From: Epiperipatus broadwayi
Lineage: Eukaryota; Animalia; Onychophora
DNA: 64,000 nucleotides
Assembly: GCA_028023455.1 (NCBI GenBank)
Contig: JAQFVV010000007.1
Coordinates: 16,058,001 to 16,122,000 of the forward strand
Reading direction: 5' to 3'
In this document: one piece after another, positions 39,199 through 51,879 of the stretch
How positions within the stretch are numbered: the stretch's first letter is position 1
Layout of the letters: each line of letters starts with the position of its first letter
The notes under the pieces: model-generated
What the model was told of the DNA's origin: nothing
The model's input: the letters and a program-made list of their open reading frames with translations, nothing else
Database searches by the model: none
Made by a program: the position numbers and the translations under genes

Positions 39199-39423
39199 TA
39201 TTACATTGGTTCAGAAAAAAAAAATAGCAACAATCGAATAAAAATAGTTCTAACTAAGAAATGAGGGAAGGAAGGAACGTAATTTTTTGTCTTATTGGAT
39301 TTTCTGAAAGAAAAAATACTATTGTTTAAATATACTATAATAAATAGTCTATTTATAAAACACTGACTATGTAGATAATAAATAGAGAAGGGAAATAATT
39401 CTTCAGTCATGCACTTTTTATCA

Positions 39424-39690
39424 ATTTACATGCACTCACCCATAGGTATCAGTTTAAAAATCATAAATCAATCACATCTTATAATTGTATAAGTCAGCCT
39501 TTGCTCACCATATTAAAATTGAGGCTTTAATCTATTATGTGTCTGATATATAACTTAATATCAGGCACACAGTAGTCTAAAGCCCTGATTTCAGCTCGGT
39601 GAGCAAAGTTGGCTTACATAACAATAAGCTCTAAGTATAAATGGTTCATTTATTCCTTTTGAACTGATGCTTATGGGTGTGTGTAAATTT
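39424..39690. mobile_element. MITE-like fold-back
   Basis: aatttacatgcactcacccatagg / cttatgggtgtgtgtaaattt termini; inner ctttgctcacc / ggtgagcaaag. Confidence 0.65.
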
Positions 39691-39978
39691 ATGAAGAACA
39701 TATGACTGAAGGTTTATATCCTCTATTTATTACTATTGTTTAAAAAAATTTCATTGATTAATTAAATGTATAAGATATTAATGATTTTTCTTTTTTTTTC
39801 TGATGAAGTCCAGTAAATTGGTTGAAATAGTTGTTCTTTATTTCTGCTTCTTTAAAGATATTTTTATTAATTTTTTATGCTTTCTTTACATGTTTCAAGT
39901 ATTTTTTTAATCATAGATTATTGATTGAAGAAAGGTCAGTTAGATTAATAATGATTATTTCAATTAATGTTAATTTAG

Positions 39979-40079
39979 GCAGTTAAAACTCACAAGCCCT
40001 GTGTCTTATTCATTTGCCATGGAGAGTCATCCACAGGAATTGTTCAACCTCTGGAAGGTCTTGGAGAACTATGTCACTG
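39979..40079 (+). CDS. AGXT: AGXT coding exon 4 (101 nt)
   Basis: Acceptor taatttag; [33 protein letters not shown] (HGESSTG motif); donor GTAATA at 40080, phase 2. Confidence 0.93.
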
Positions 40080-40926
40080 GTAATAATATTTCAAATATTT
40101 AAATAGTTAGATACATAAATGGTAGAGGAGTAACATAATGAATATTTATTTTTGTGTTATGTTTATATATATTTGCTTTTAGAAAATAATATATCCAGGC
40201 TGATAAATAAATTACAGATAAAATAATATTAAAACATGTACTACCTCTATTTTATTAAAATATATTTTCTAAAATGTTTGCTGCTGATTATGGTTGATGG
40301 AATTATAAATGGAATTGTTAGCCGTAACACCTATTGAGTTCGAGTAATGTTGTGATCTTTATCTTTTGAAAGATATAATAGTATTTGCCACTAGCTGCTT
40401 CCTGTTTCTGGCTTCAGCATACCTGACTTTTAGAAAGTATTGGACAATCTGTGTTACTGTCCGAGTAATTTCAAACTGTGAATTACTGTTCTGAGCATGA
40501 CTCACTAACCTTATGTTGTCATCTATACTCTGCCTGCAAATGTACATCTAATTTACAGGCAATTCCTATACCTAACTGATAACTATCAGTTTTGCCAATA
40601 TGGTTATGGCCTGTTTACACGAGTGGATATTTGTTTATACTTCCATTGTTTCATTGGTCATCTATATTTCATACTGAATCTGATGCAGATAGTTCTGTAG
40701 CTTTAAAAAAGTCAATTATTGCGGATAAGTCTGCAAGTCCATACCTTCTGAATGTATCTTAATTTTATCTCAGTTAAACAATTGTTATATATTACCCATT
40801 TACATAGAATGATTCTTTTAATTTATATAAATTTTCTTTATGTAATGGTAATGATCTCCATATTAATTATATAAATCGCTACTAGATGGCAGTATAAACA
40901 GGTTTGTGATGCAGAGTTTGCTTTTT

Positions 40927-41038
40927 TTTTTTTCCATATGTCATAGCATCGGCCGGGATGCGAACCCACAACCGTCTGCAACCAACTACTTGCTTGCAAG
41001 GTGGTTGCGATGACCTCTCGGCTAACGACACTTGACAA
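40927..41038 (-). mobile_element. Young tRNA-derived SINE / retroposed tRNA-like RNA
   Basis: A-box TAGCCGAGAGG, B-box GGGTTCGCATCCC, A-tail, 16-bp TSD gcagagtttgcttttt (40911-40926 and 41039-41054), CpGs retained. Confidence 0.85.
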
Positions 41039-42223
41039 GCAGAGTTTGCTTTTTCAGTTATTAGAAGAAAATCATTTAGTCAGAACTTTTTGTGGTAGCC
41101 TGTTCACACTGCCCTTACATGTCAATTTATCTATTATCTTTTTATAATTGGCTATAATGTGAAAATATAAAAAGCATTATTATTAGCATTGAAATAGACA
41201 GAATAAAGTTGTATTTGTTTTAATTTTGAGTTTTACAAATATTATACTTTGTCTGAAGAGATATTTTTTGGAAGACATCATCCAGTGACTTTATCCAAAA
41301 GATTTGAGCTTGGTTGTTATAATCTCTCAATTCTCATCAATAGCTTCTAATAATCTTTACAAATAGGCCACATCTCAGATTATTATTTTATCTAGAAGGT
41401 GATAACAATATTAGCAGAAACTTTTGATAACTGTAGATATGAATTCTATTCTTATTAACCCTATTGAGACTGCAGTAAAAGAAATTGCAGTATTCGCATT
41501 TATCAGAGAGGTACATTCATTATCAGTGTATGCTTAAATGTGAAAAAATAAATAAATTAAAAAACATTGTGAATTTGCATTTATTATATTTTTACAAGAA
41601 AATACATGATTATTTATGTTCAGTTACAATCTAGAAATTATTAAATAAACAAAGAAATATAAAATTTTAGAATACAAAAATTTAATTTCAGATAATGGAA
41701 ATATGGATATTGCTAAATCACAAAACCATCTTGAATTAATCAGCACCTTTAGTAATTGATTGTGGAAAATGTTTGTAATTGCAAACAGTATTATAGTTTT
41801 TTAATGATTTAAAACTAATAGATTTTAAAATATATATCTTTCTCATTTAGTCTAATCTAATGCATCCAAAATATTATATGATTTTAATCGAATTAATTCA
41901 AGCAATAATGTGCTCGATTTTATTATATATTTATTGCTTTGAGTTAAAGGTGAAAAAGTATAAATCAATTCAAATAGATTCCAAATACAATTAAAAAACG
42001 ATAGAAGCAAAAATACAAATAACAGTAACAAACAAAACAACAACAACAATAGTTTTGAAAATTATAATTAAATTATTTATTATTAATTAATTAATTTGTT
42101 TAGAAAAACTATTTAATCTTTATAATTTGACTTTTATAAAAAAAAAAAAAACATTGAATACTATTTTTTAAAATTATTAAAACTTTATTTAATATTTGAA
42201 TACAAGTCTACTTTATATACTTG

Positions 42224-42474
42224 GAGTTTAGATGTAATTATAGGGGATTTGAACCCAGACTTCCAAGCTCCCTTCAGTTATCCAATCTATCTCATACAAC
42301 AGATACACATGACCACACAAATATGAAAAAGATAAATGATCTCCAACATACAAAATACATATATTGGAGATTATTTATCCATTCACATGTGTATATCGGT
42401 TATATGAGATGATTGGATAGCTGAAGGGAACTTAGAAGTTTGGATTCATATATCCTATAACTATATCTAAAACT
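42224..42474. mobile_element. Family C fold-back element (shortest copy)
   Basis: Arms meet at ..ccaacatacaaaatacatatattgg.., i.e. at hammerhead stem III. Confidence 0.82.
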
Positions 42475-42809
42475 TTATTTATAATTATACACTTTTATTT
42501 AATTTACTCTGGTTTTAGTCAGTCTAGATTTTATATTCTAATTCAATATTCATGTATTTCTCAATTTCCGATTTTTTATTTCTTACAAAAATACACTTTT
42601 TTTTAAGAGTTTGCAAAAATTAACAAAACAATTTAAATTTTTAATTTTATGTCTAACATTGTTGTTAGCAGTGAAGGATTAATTCAAAACTGGATCAGCT
42701 AACTTTTATTTATTATACACCTTTATTTAAGTTATGTTTTTTTTATTCTTTATATCTAATAACTGAAATACAGGCTTATTATATACCTGTATCAATATAT
42801 GTAATATAT

Positions 42810-43075
42810 AGGGTATATGAGCACAGACTTTCACATGACCCACCACTCTCCACTCTATCTCATAACACTGATACACTTGAACACATATATGTCGAAAAGA
42901 TAAATAATCACCAATATACGTATTTCATGCTAATCCAGGAATCATCATTTGGTCCATATTATCATCTCTACACATATATGCAATAAGTGCTCAAATATAT
43001 TTTAAGATAGCCAATCTTCATACTTTAATGAACAGGCTTCAATCCACTGCACACTCCAACTCTTCAACCGTCCAT
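42810..43075 (-). mobile_element. Family C single arm
   Basis: Matches 23400-23600; hammerhead with the intact palindrome AUACGUAU at about 42908-42960. Confidence 0.75.
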
Positions 43076-43711
43076 CCAATTGAAAATCTGATGATGGAAT
43101 ATTCAAAGGCCACCCTGAGGCCGAGATTCTTATCGCATCTCTTTTTATCTAAATAAAATATAATTTTTATTTTTTTATATAATATTCTATTTAATGCCTT
43201 AACAATTTAAAATTAGCAATACTTTAAAAATGGGAATGTAAATAAATTTTGATTTGTAAAAAAAATGTCTGCCTGAAAATAAATGGCATCAGTTTGTTTT
43301 GTTTTTATCAGTGCAGTCCTTATCTAAATCCCATCAGATCACAATCATACACAATTACAGAAAGTCAAATCATCCTCTCCCATTATGCGCCATTTCATTA
43401 TCAGGTTAGTTAGAGGTATTAAACACCCAAAGCACCATACCTATAATGATATCTCATTATTTCTCTTTTATACCATTCTCAGCAAGACAAAGATTGGTTT
43501 CTACCAAGAATGAATGATTATCACACTATAGATATAAATTATCATGATGATTGTCAATGCATCACTGACCCAGAAAGTTTGACTACCGTGTATTGAAAAG
43601 TGACAACATACATATACTGTCAATGATATTATTATATTGTAGATTATAAATTCTAACTCCTATTATTTTATTTCATTTTACCACCAAGTTTAATAATATT
43701 ATTATTTTCAG

Positions 43712-43782
43712 CCATAATGTAATACTGATAGTTGATGCTGTTGCTTCTCTGGGTGCTGTTCCTATCTACATGGACAAAATGG
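43712..43782 (+). CDS. AGXT: AGXT coding exon 5 (71 nt)
   Basis: Acceptor attttcag; (C)HNVILIVDAVASLGAVPIYMDKM-G with the PLP-binding Asp motif VDAVASLG; donor GTGAGA at 43783. Confidence 0.93.
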
Positions 43783-43919
43783 GTGAGACATAATACTTTT
43801 CATAAGGCTATCATTTTATATCAATGCTGGTAGAATGCACTTACATAATTACCTTTAATTAATAGGTTCCTCCACTGAAGAGCAGCGGTAACATTTTGTT
43901 TTTCTGTCAAGATTAAATT

Positions 43920-44615
43920 ATTCTTCTGTAAAACAGTAGCAACTCTCTCAATACAATAGTGTCATCTGGTGCAAACTATAGAACATTTGTGCATCAAAAT
44001 CCATATCTAATGCCTTTTCATCCAATAACTTCAGACAGTTTCTATCTTATGGCTTTCATCAGTGAGAAGCCTCATATCTGAAAGCATTTCACATAGATCT
44101 TTGGATCTAATGCATCCAGCCTCTATTTTTTACCTTTTTAGTTAACTCTAAAGCTATGCTACCAAACTATGTGATGTTTTAATGGTTTAATACTAATCCT
44201 GATAAAAGGATGTCACGGACTGGTTATCAACACACCAAAGGCATGAAAATATATAGGTTCTTAACTGGGTTCAGATATATATGATTATACAAGTAAATAG
44301 CTTGGATTGAAAATATTGTGTTTTTTTGGATCATAGCTTTATAGTTAATTATAAGGCAGAAGATGATTGCTGAAGGTTGCATTAGATCCATAGATCTAAA
44401 TGCAGTGCTCTCAGATTCAAGTCTCCTCAATAATGATGGTCATAACTGGGGATATTAAATGAATATGCATTAGATAGAGATTTTGATGCAGCAATCTTCT
44501 GGAATTCATTGATTAATATGGCTTACTTTGAGTGGCACTACTGTTTGGAGAAAGTTGCTACTGTTTAAACAGCTTGTAGAAACATAAGAAGTATGGTCAT
44601 GTGATGTTTTAGTAA
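43920..44615. mobile_element. Family A head-to-head pair
   Basis: Minus arm with intact CUGAUGA/GAAA core at 44020-44075; plus arm 44340-44615. Confidence 0.72.
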
Positions 44616-45609
44616 TTTATTCCACTATGCTTGTTATTTGTATGCCTAAATTGATAAGTATATTGGAGCTAAATTTAGTTAAATTTAAAATTAATTGATA
44701 TTTTTATTGTTGTTTGAACAAATTTTAAACACCTTGATGAAAACTCTAGATCAGTCGAAATTTTTTGTAAAATAAAATCAAACATTATTTAATAAAATCA
44801 ATACATTAATCATTTCATTATTAATAAGTATTCCATTTTATCTCTAAATATAGTCTATTAATTTTAATATGTATAAGACAAATCCATTTCACGAACAGTT
44901 TCTTTTTAAATCTTGTTTTATTTATTTATTTATTTTTTATTCATTTTTTTCATTCAATTTCCTTCCTATGTTTCCACCACATCATTTCTCTTCAATCTGC
45001 TAGATTTTAAATATTTACTTTTTTTTATTAAAAAATCCTTTATAAGAATAGTAAAAATTTAGAATGTAGAACGTTGAAGAGAAATATAAACGCAGGTAAA
45101 AAATAAGTTATATAAAAAAAATATGATTTATGTGAAAATATTTTATTTTGTTGTTATTGTAAAGTTTTTGTAAACATGTATATATATATATATATAATAA
45201 ATATGTACTTTATAGGAATAATCATTGAGAATGAATGTATAATACTGTCGAAATGTAGCAAGAAAGTTGGAATGAAAAATAGTTTATAAAAAGTAAAACA
45301 AGACTTAAAAACAAAAAGTATATGTGAAATTGATTTGTTTTATATACATTAAAACCAAAGATTATTAAAAAAAAAAAAAAACCATTGAATTCCAATGTAT
45401 AAGAATGAATTTTTTTTAAAAGTTTTAATGCTTTTTAAACAATGATAAAACAATATAAAAGATATTACAAAGTTTAATACATGTACATTTGTATTGTGAT
45501 AAACCACAGTTTCACCTTTACTAAAGTCATAATATTTGAGTCATTGAGTTCTCAAATATCTATTACAGTATCATTTTCAAATCTGCATAGTCTCTAAAAC
45601 TTCAAATAC

Positions 45610-46390
45610 GTTTATTGTTTTTACATGAAAGTTTATAATGATGGTATTTTAGATTTTATAATATATTGGAATATTTCCATCATCTATTGTTAAATGTTGA
45701 ATGTCTGGAAAATTTTAATCTTTTCCAAATACAAACAGCTGTTAGTAATAATACACAAATGAACAACACAGGTGAGTAGATTATGCAACATTTCAAATGA
45801 CATTATTTTTTACTTTTCTTCAGGTGTTGCTGGCCAGACCGATGACAATTTTAGCACAGGATTCAAACTCACATTTTTAAATTCTTGAATATCAAATTTT
45901 TAAAAAAATGCCCAGTTGGGGTTAGAGTGTTGCCTTAAAAACTGGATATTCAAGAAGCTAAAGGTGTGAGTTTGACTCCTATGCTAATATTGTTACTTGT
46001 AAGACCAGAAATATCTGAAAAAGAGTGGAGAATAATCCCATTTGAAACATTGTATAGTCTACTAATATGTGTTGTGTATTTTTGTGTTATTACTAACAGT
46101 TGTTTGTATTTGAAAAGTTTAAATAAATCTCTACTTATTAACTCTTTTCAACAAATCATGTAATTCTTAAACATTCGTTGACACGTTTGGCTGAAAAGGT
46201 AAAAAAACATCAATTAATGACTATAAACTAATTAATAGCATTGAGCTAACTTTGGGTAAAACACTGCCAGAATTTTAGTGCTGAAGAAAGTTAAAAATTT
46301 TCTAGACATTCAACATTTAATGATAGATGATGGAAATACTCCAATGTATTATAACATGTTTATTTTCAAAGCATTATGGATTCTCAATGT
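45610..46390. mobile_element. Family B head-to-head fold-back
   Basis: Inversion centre ~45915; hammerhead motifs at 45780-45832 (-) and 46005-46055 (+); tails mirror out to 45610 and 46390 with an insertion at ~46170-46280. Confidence 0.75.
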
Positions 46391-47450
46391 CTAAACTTTA
46401 GTTTTAAAGTCCACATTATCATTCAAACCCAGAATTAAACATATCAACTCATTTTTTTGTATCACTTTTTATTATTTCATTCTTTATGATATATAATCGT
46501 AAAATTATTACCTACTGATGATGGTCTGCTTATTTTCATGCATAAAAAAATTTTGATGGATTATGGGTGGATTGTTGTCATCTACATTTATAAACCTATT
46601 AAAGTCTTGAGTAATTGGATAAAATTTATTGTCTTAGAAATAGCTTTTTATGTAAATTTCAAAGTGATAAATTATTCAACATTAAAATAAATATTAATAA
46701 ATCATTGAATGAGCAAAGTATAAAAGGAAACACATTTTAAATTCATTATATAAGCATGAACATAACTGAAAAAGAAAAATATTGAAAAGAAACATGGATT
46801 TCATTGCCATATATAAATATCAGAGGGTATAATATGATTATGTTAGAGTTGTTTTCTCATTTCAATGTTGCATTTAATGTAGAATCAGATACTGGTAGGC
46901 TAATTATTAATGAAAAGAATGCTGTTGATAAAATCAACAAATATATTATATAGAAAGTGGTGTGCCTGTATAGGTTCAGTTATATTAGTGAGTCAAATTT
47001 GCATTAAAAAGATAATTCAGGAACATAAACCATTGTATAAGAAAATTATATTATTCTGATAGATTTAAATCTGTATTTGGAGAACATTCATTTATTTACA
47101 ATGGAAGTTTATGTGTTGATAATGTTTTTATTTTGCATGTGGAAAATGGTTTGAGAAAAAAAAAGCCCAAAAGATACTTTTTATGAATGTGACAGATAAC
47201 TTATTAAATAAGCAATGTAATTATTATAATAAATGAATTAAGGAATGATTGTTGAAAATGTTGTAGGATTTTAATGAGGTTTTGATTTTAAAATTTTAAC
47301 TGCTAACTACTGAAAATGGCAGTTATACCGTAAGCTAGCTTTAATTATAATTTATCTATATATTGATATATTAAAAACTGTACAATCAATTTTGTTTATT
47401 ATATTATTATTGTGTCTAATATTATATATAAAAGTGTCTTTTTATTTCAG

Positions 47451-47535
47451 GTATTGACATCTTATATACTGGATCTCAAAAAGTTCTTAGTGCACCACCT
47501 GGCTTATCACCTATTTCATTTAGCCAGAAAGCAAG
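47451..47535 (+). CDS. AGXT: AGXT coding exon 6 (85 nt), contains the PLP Schiff-base lysine
   Basis: Acceptor tttatttcag; (G)[27 protein letters not shown](R) with the SQK..APPG motif; donor GTAGAT at 47536. Confidence 0.95.
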
Positions 47536-48169
47536 GTAGATTTATGATTTATTTAATTATGATATCCCATCCTGCAATTGGACTTTCAAACTTTTTGTAA
47601 CTGCTTCTAATGAATTATGTGGTATAATCATCCTATCCAAATACCATTAAACAATAAATTTGCATTGTAAAATTGAATGACATCCAAACAAGTTTGCTTG
47701 TTTTGAATTAATTACAAATGTATAAAAATTAAATTAAAAAAAACATATATGGCAATCACCATAACATTTAAAATATACACATATCTGATTATGCTTTATG
47801 CAATAGGTTCTCAATTGACATTAATTCTTTTAAATTAAATAGGTGATTATACAGTGAACACCACCTACCAAATGCTAAGATTAAAATGTTGTAATACATA
47901 TGCACTTTTCAAAATATAAGAAAGTCAGGACATAATTAATCTTTATATATAAAAAAATATTTAATTGAAAGATATATATATATATACTAAAGATTAATCT
48001 ACCTTTTTGTTCATGTTATTTTAAGAGAATAAAATAAAAATAAATATTTGAAATTGATTTACAATTGACAAGTAAGAAGGTAAATATTTTAAAATTATAA
48101 TTATAATTAACTAAGCCATAAAATGATTGAATTATTTACTTTATTAAGTTATAAAATACTATATATATA

Positions 48170-48610
48170 TATATGCTGTATGCACTCACTTCTCAGGTCA
48201 TGTATAAGATGACCTGCCCACAAGCTAACTGCCAGGTTGCATATTTTGGGGAGACCAGGACCAAAATTGCCAACAGAGTGACTCAGCATAAATACATTTA
48301 CAATAAAACTAAAACCAAAAAGGAAGGCAATTTCATCTTTGCTGAGCATGAAAAAACAACAGGACATAGATTTAAACCCAATCTGCTAACATCATTTGCT
48401 CAGAAAGACATGATGCTAAATGCAAGATCAGAGAAGCATTACACATAGCAAGTGATCCTAGGTCCATTAATCAAAGAGAAGTCTGCTTTGCCCTGTCATG
48501 AAAATGGCAGTGCATTATTTTGCATAAATTTTTCTTTTAATAATGCTGTTTTTAACAAAATGGTAACTATGAGTATGAGAGCAAGAAGTCTCTCAAAATT
48601 GCTCAGCTAA
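48170..48610 (+). mobile_element. Penelope-like element 3' end (GIY-YIG, frameshifted) plus hammerhead motif
   Basis: QVMYKMTCPQANCQVAYFGETRTKIANRVTQHKY...AEHEKTTGHRF, homologous to the 27766 ORF; motif at 48565-48608. Confidence 0.88.
48565..48608 (+). ncRNA. Hammerhead motif at the Penelope terminus (degenerate, A3-U8)
   Basis: AACU-AUGAGUA-U-GAGAG-CAAGAAGU-CUCUC-AAAA-UUGC-UC-AGCU; G12 mutated to A. Confidence 0.6.
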
Positions 48611-50254
48611 TATAGGATTTTACATTTGCTTTTGATATATACTATCTTCATTATCTGTGCATACAGCACATATATATAGTAAACAATAAAATATAAATAC
48701 GAATTTATAAGAATAACTCATATTTTAAGCATGTAAATTAAATCTCAACTTCAATTGTACTACTGTTTATATCAGTAAACATTATATAGTTATCCTCCCC
48801 AAAAATAATAATAATATATATTAGCAAATAACCTGCTTAATTGTCCACAAATGCAACATTTTCAAAATAGTATCAAAGTTCTAATGTCCACTTTTTGAAC
48901 TAAGATCCAACGATATTTTGTTATTTCAGAAAAAGTAAAATATCTGTGATGTTATAAGTGTACAAATATTAGTTTATCTCCATGGTGATGCAGTGTAAAT
49001 ATCTTTTTCTTTAACAAGTATTTGGTTCATAAAAGATTACAAGTGAACAGATGCTGCATTCATTCATGATGATGCTATGGAAATTGGACCAATTTCTATC
49101 CTATGTGGGAATAACTCATCAATCTCATAAACTATATTGGCAAACATAGTTCTTGTATATATCTTGACATTAATAGAATTTTTATCTCAGCATTGGAAAG
49201 TAAGTAATAACCATTTTTAACAGCATAGAAATATTCTGATGGTTTTTTTTTTAAAAATGCTATGAATTTATTTTCATTCTTTCAACAAATTATCACTTTT
49301 TACAAATTCCCTATAAACCTGCCCAGTTAATAGATGAATGTTACTGCTATCACCCCATCATTTTACCCAGTTAATAATTATTTTCTTTTAAAAATAAATA
49401 AATAAAAATTTACATGAAGGAACTTACTTTTACTTCTATTGAAGCCAAGATACAAGATAGAGTTTGAATTATTTAGTTCTCTTTATAATTTTTTTAAATT
49501 GATGTCAGAGAAACTATAGCAACACTCTGCATTAATTCTTTGGTCAATTTCATTCAGCATCTCATAAATAAAAGTCTTATTACACAGTAATAATGACAAA
49601 TAAAAATACATATTTTACAATTATTATATATAAATATTTACATTTTTAAAAGTACAAATAAGATTCTTTCACTCCAACATAAACTAAAACAATTTATACT
49701 ACATTCTTTCATACTACAATGGAAACCTGTTTTTACATATATTTTCTCACTCAATATTATACAAATAAAATAAACATATGCTAGAGATTAAACATTTAGC
49801 TGTATTATTTGTAACTTACTATTAGGAATGCAGTAATGAAAATATACATAATAAAGAAAAATAATAACTTTATCAAGACTACAAATTTTATTACTCCTAC
49901 ATCCATTTTTAAAATGAATGAAGTCAATTCATAATTTTTATACACTACAATTAATAATAAACATTTCTTTCTCCAATATTGTTGTCATAGCAACATATTC
50001 CAATGCTCCACAGGTATTAATATACTCACTATTAAAATCAAACTATTTTTTATATCATTGTCATTACACTACATATTGAAATTTATTTCAAATTGTAGTA
50101 GGTGCAATATATATATATATATGTACATATGAATGTAGCATAAAATATATGTAGTAGCATCTACATTTTTTAATTAAATTAAAACTTCTAAATGTAGATT
50201 ACGTACTGTGAAAAAGATTTTATGATTGTTTGAATTAGTCTCGTTTTCTTACAT

Positions 50255-50760
50255 ACAGCTGAGTGTGCTTTTGGTGTGGTTCACCAGAATCATAGTTTTC
50301 ACTGATTGGTTAGATATGCAGCCTATTTATTGAGGAATAATTGTGATTATTTAAATTAGATCTTACTTATTTTATTTGGTCAAAAGTTCAATACTGTTTT
50401 TTTCTTAATAATGATATGATTATGGTTGGTGATAAATCACACCTTCTTAATTTTTCCCTTTCTGTCATCTCATTTCATGCAAACTGGATTGCCATTCTTT
50501 AGATTAAAAGGTGTTTATGTTTCCTGAAGACAGATTTATATTTGGATTTATTTTATGCACACTTATATAGGTATTTGTGTTGGGCCAATGTTGTGGCAAT
50601 GTTTGCCCTCAATTTTTCATAGTATACAGTTGTACAGACAGAGTTGTTGCATTGGATTTCGTATATGAACTGCGATGTGTTTTCTGATGACAGTGTCTTT
50701 TTGGCATTGTTAATTCATCTGTTAAGATAAGGGGGAGTTTAGAAACTGATGTTAAATATT
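50255..50760 (-). mobile_element. Degenerate Penelope-like element 3' end (GIY-YIG) plus hammerhead motif
   Basis: Not in the ORF track. Minus strand reads QFIYEIQCNNSVCTTVYYEKLRANIATTLAQHKYLYKCA*, then CMK*DDRKGKIKKV*FI, aligning to the 27766 ORF; motif at 50257-50298. Confidence 0.75.
50257..50298 (-). ncRNA. Hammerhead motif at the Penelope terminus (degenerate, A3-U8)
   Basis: AACU-AUGAUUC-U-GGUG-AACCA-CACC-AAAA-GCACAC-UC-AGCU. Confidence 0.6.
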
Positions 50761-50919
50761 GGAGCATAGATCTTGTTTATTTTATCTGCTAGTTATGAAT
50801 GTATGTCAAGAAATAATTAGACTAATCTATTTTTATACTTCCTGCTGCAGTTGGTCAAAACAATCTTCTAAATATATATCCATGTATATATTTTTGCTTA
50901 TGGATCTTAGACTTAGACA

Positions 50920-51360
50920 CTTAATAGAAGAGTAATACTGAGACTTCAGACTGCTCAAAGAAATATGGAGAGATGCATGTTTGAAGTATCAAGAAGGGAT
51001 TGAAACCTGATGCTATGACACATGAGAAAAAAGAAAGAAGGGATCGAAAATACAATATATGGGTAAGAGAACAAACATGTATTACTGACTTCATTGAAAA
51101 AATTAAAAAACTGAAATGGAGTTGGGCTGGACATATTGCTAGAAGAGATGATAATAGATTGACATTTGAAATCTTAAACTGGATTCCAAGAGATTGCAAA
51201 AGACCCAGAAAGAGACCACATGTGAGATGGATGGGTGAAATAAAAAAGTGTGCAGGGGTGATGTGGAGAAGAGAAGCTAAAGATCGGAGAAAATGGATTG
51301 AACTTGGAGAGACCTTCATCTTGCAGTAAATTGATAATGGTTGTTGATGATGATAATGAT
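50920..51360 (+). mobile_element. RTE-clade LINE 3' fragment
   Basis: IKKLKWSWAGHIARRDDNRLTFEILNWIPRDCKRPRKRPHVRW; TGA-type tail. Confidence 0.88.
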
Positions 51361-51422
51361 AAGTTTTTCAAGATTCGTGATTTTTTATGTTGGATATTTT
51401 ATATAAGATAAAATATATACAC

Positions 51423-51527
51423 CAAACTTCTTTTTAAAACTTGATTTTTATATGACTATTATAAAAATATAACTACACACCAACGTTTCGAGTAAAATAT
51501 AAAAATCAAGTTTTAAAAAGAAGTTTG
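51423..51527. repeat. 30-bp perfect inverted repeat around a hammerhead-tail remnant
   Basis: caaacttctttttaaaacttgatttttata mirrored; caacgtttcgag in the spacer. Confidence 0.75.
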
Positions 51528-51879
51528 ATGTATTAATTATATATATTGTAAGTTATGAACTATTTTTGAAAAAAAAAAAACTGTGTAGATGATATTTTAA
51601 ATAAGATAAAAATATGAGCACATTTATGGTATAAACAAATGTGAATATATTACTAAGATAAATTACAAACAAGATTCCTAAAGAATCATATACGTAAATG
51701 ATTTTGCAAACAGCGCCACCTTTTATTATATTAATACCAATCTATTTTATCAAATAAAATCTGACTTCCATTTTATTGCATGTTGAACTATTTTCACGAT
51801 CTAGTATTAAATATTGATCTTTTTTTAGGAAAATTGAATTTATTTGAATTTTCAATTACATTAAATGTTATTAATAGCA

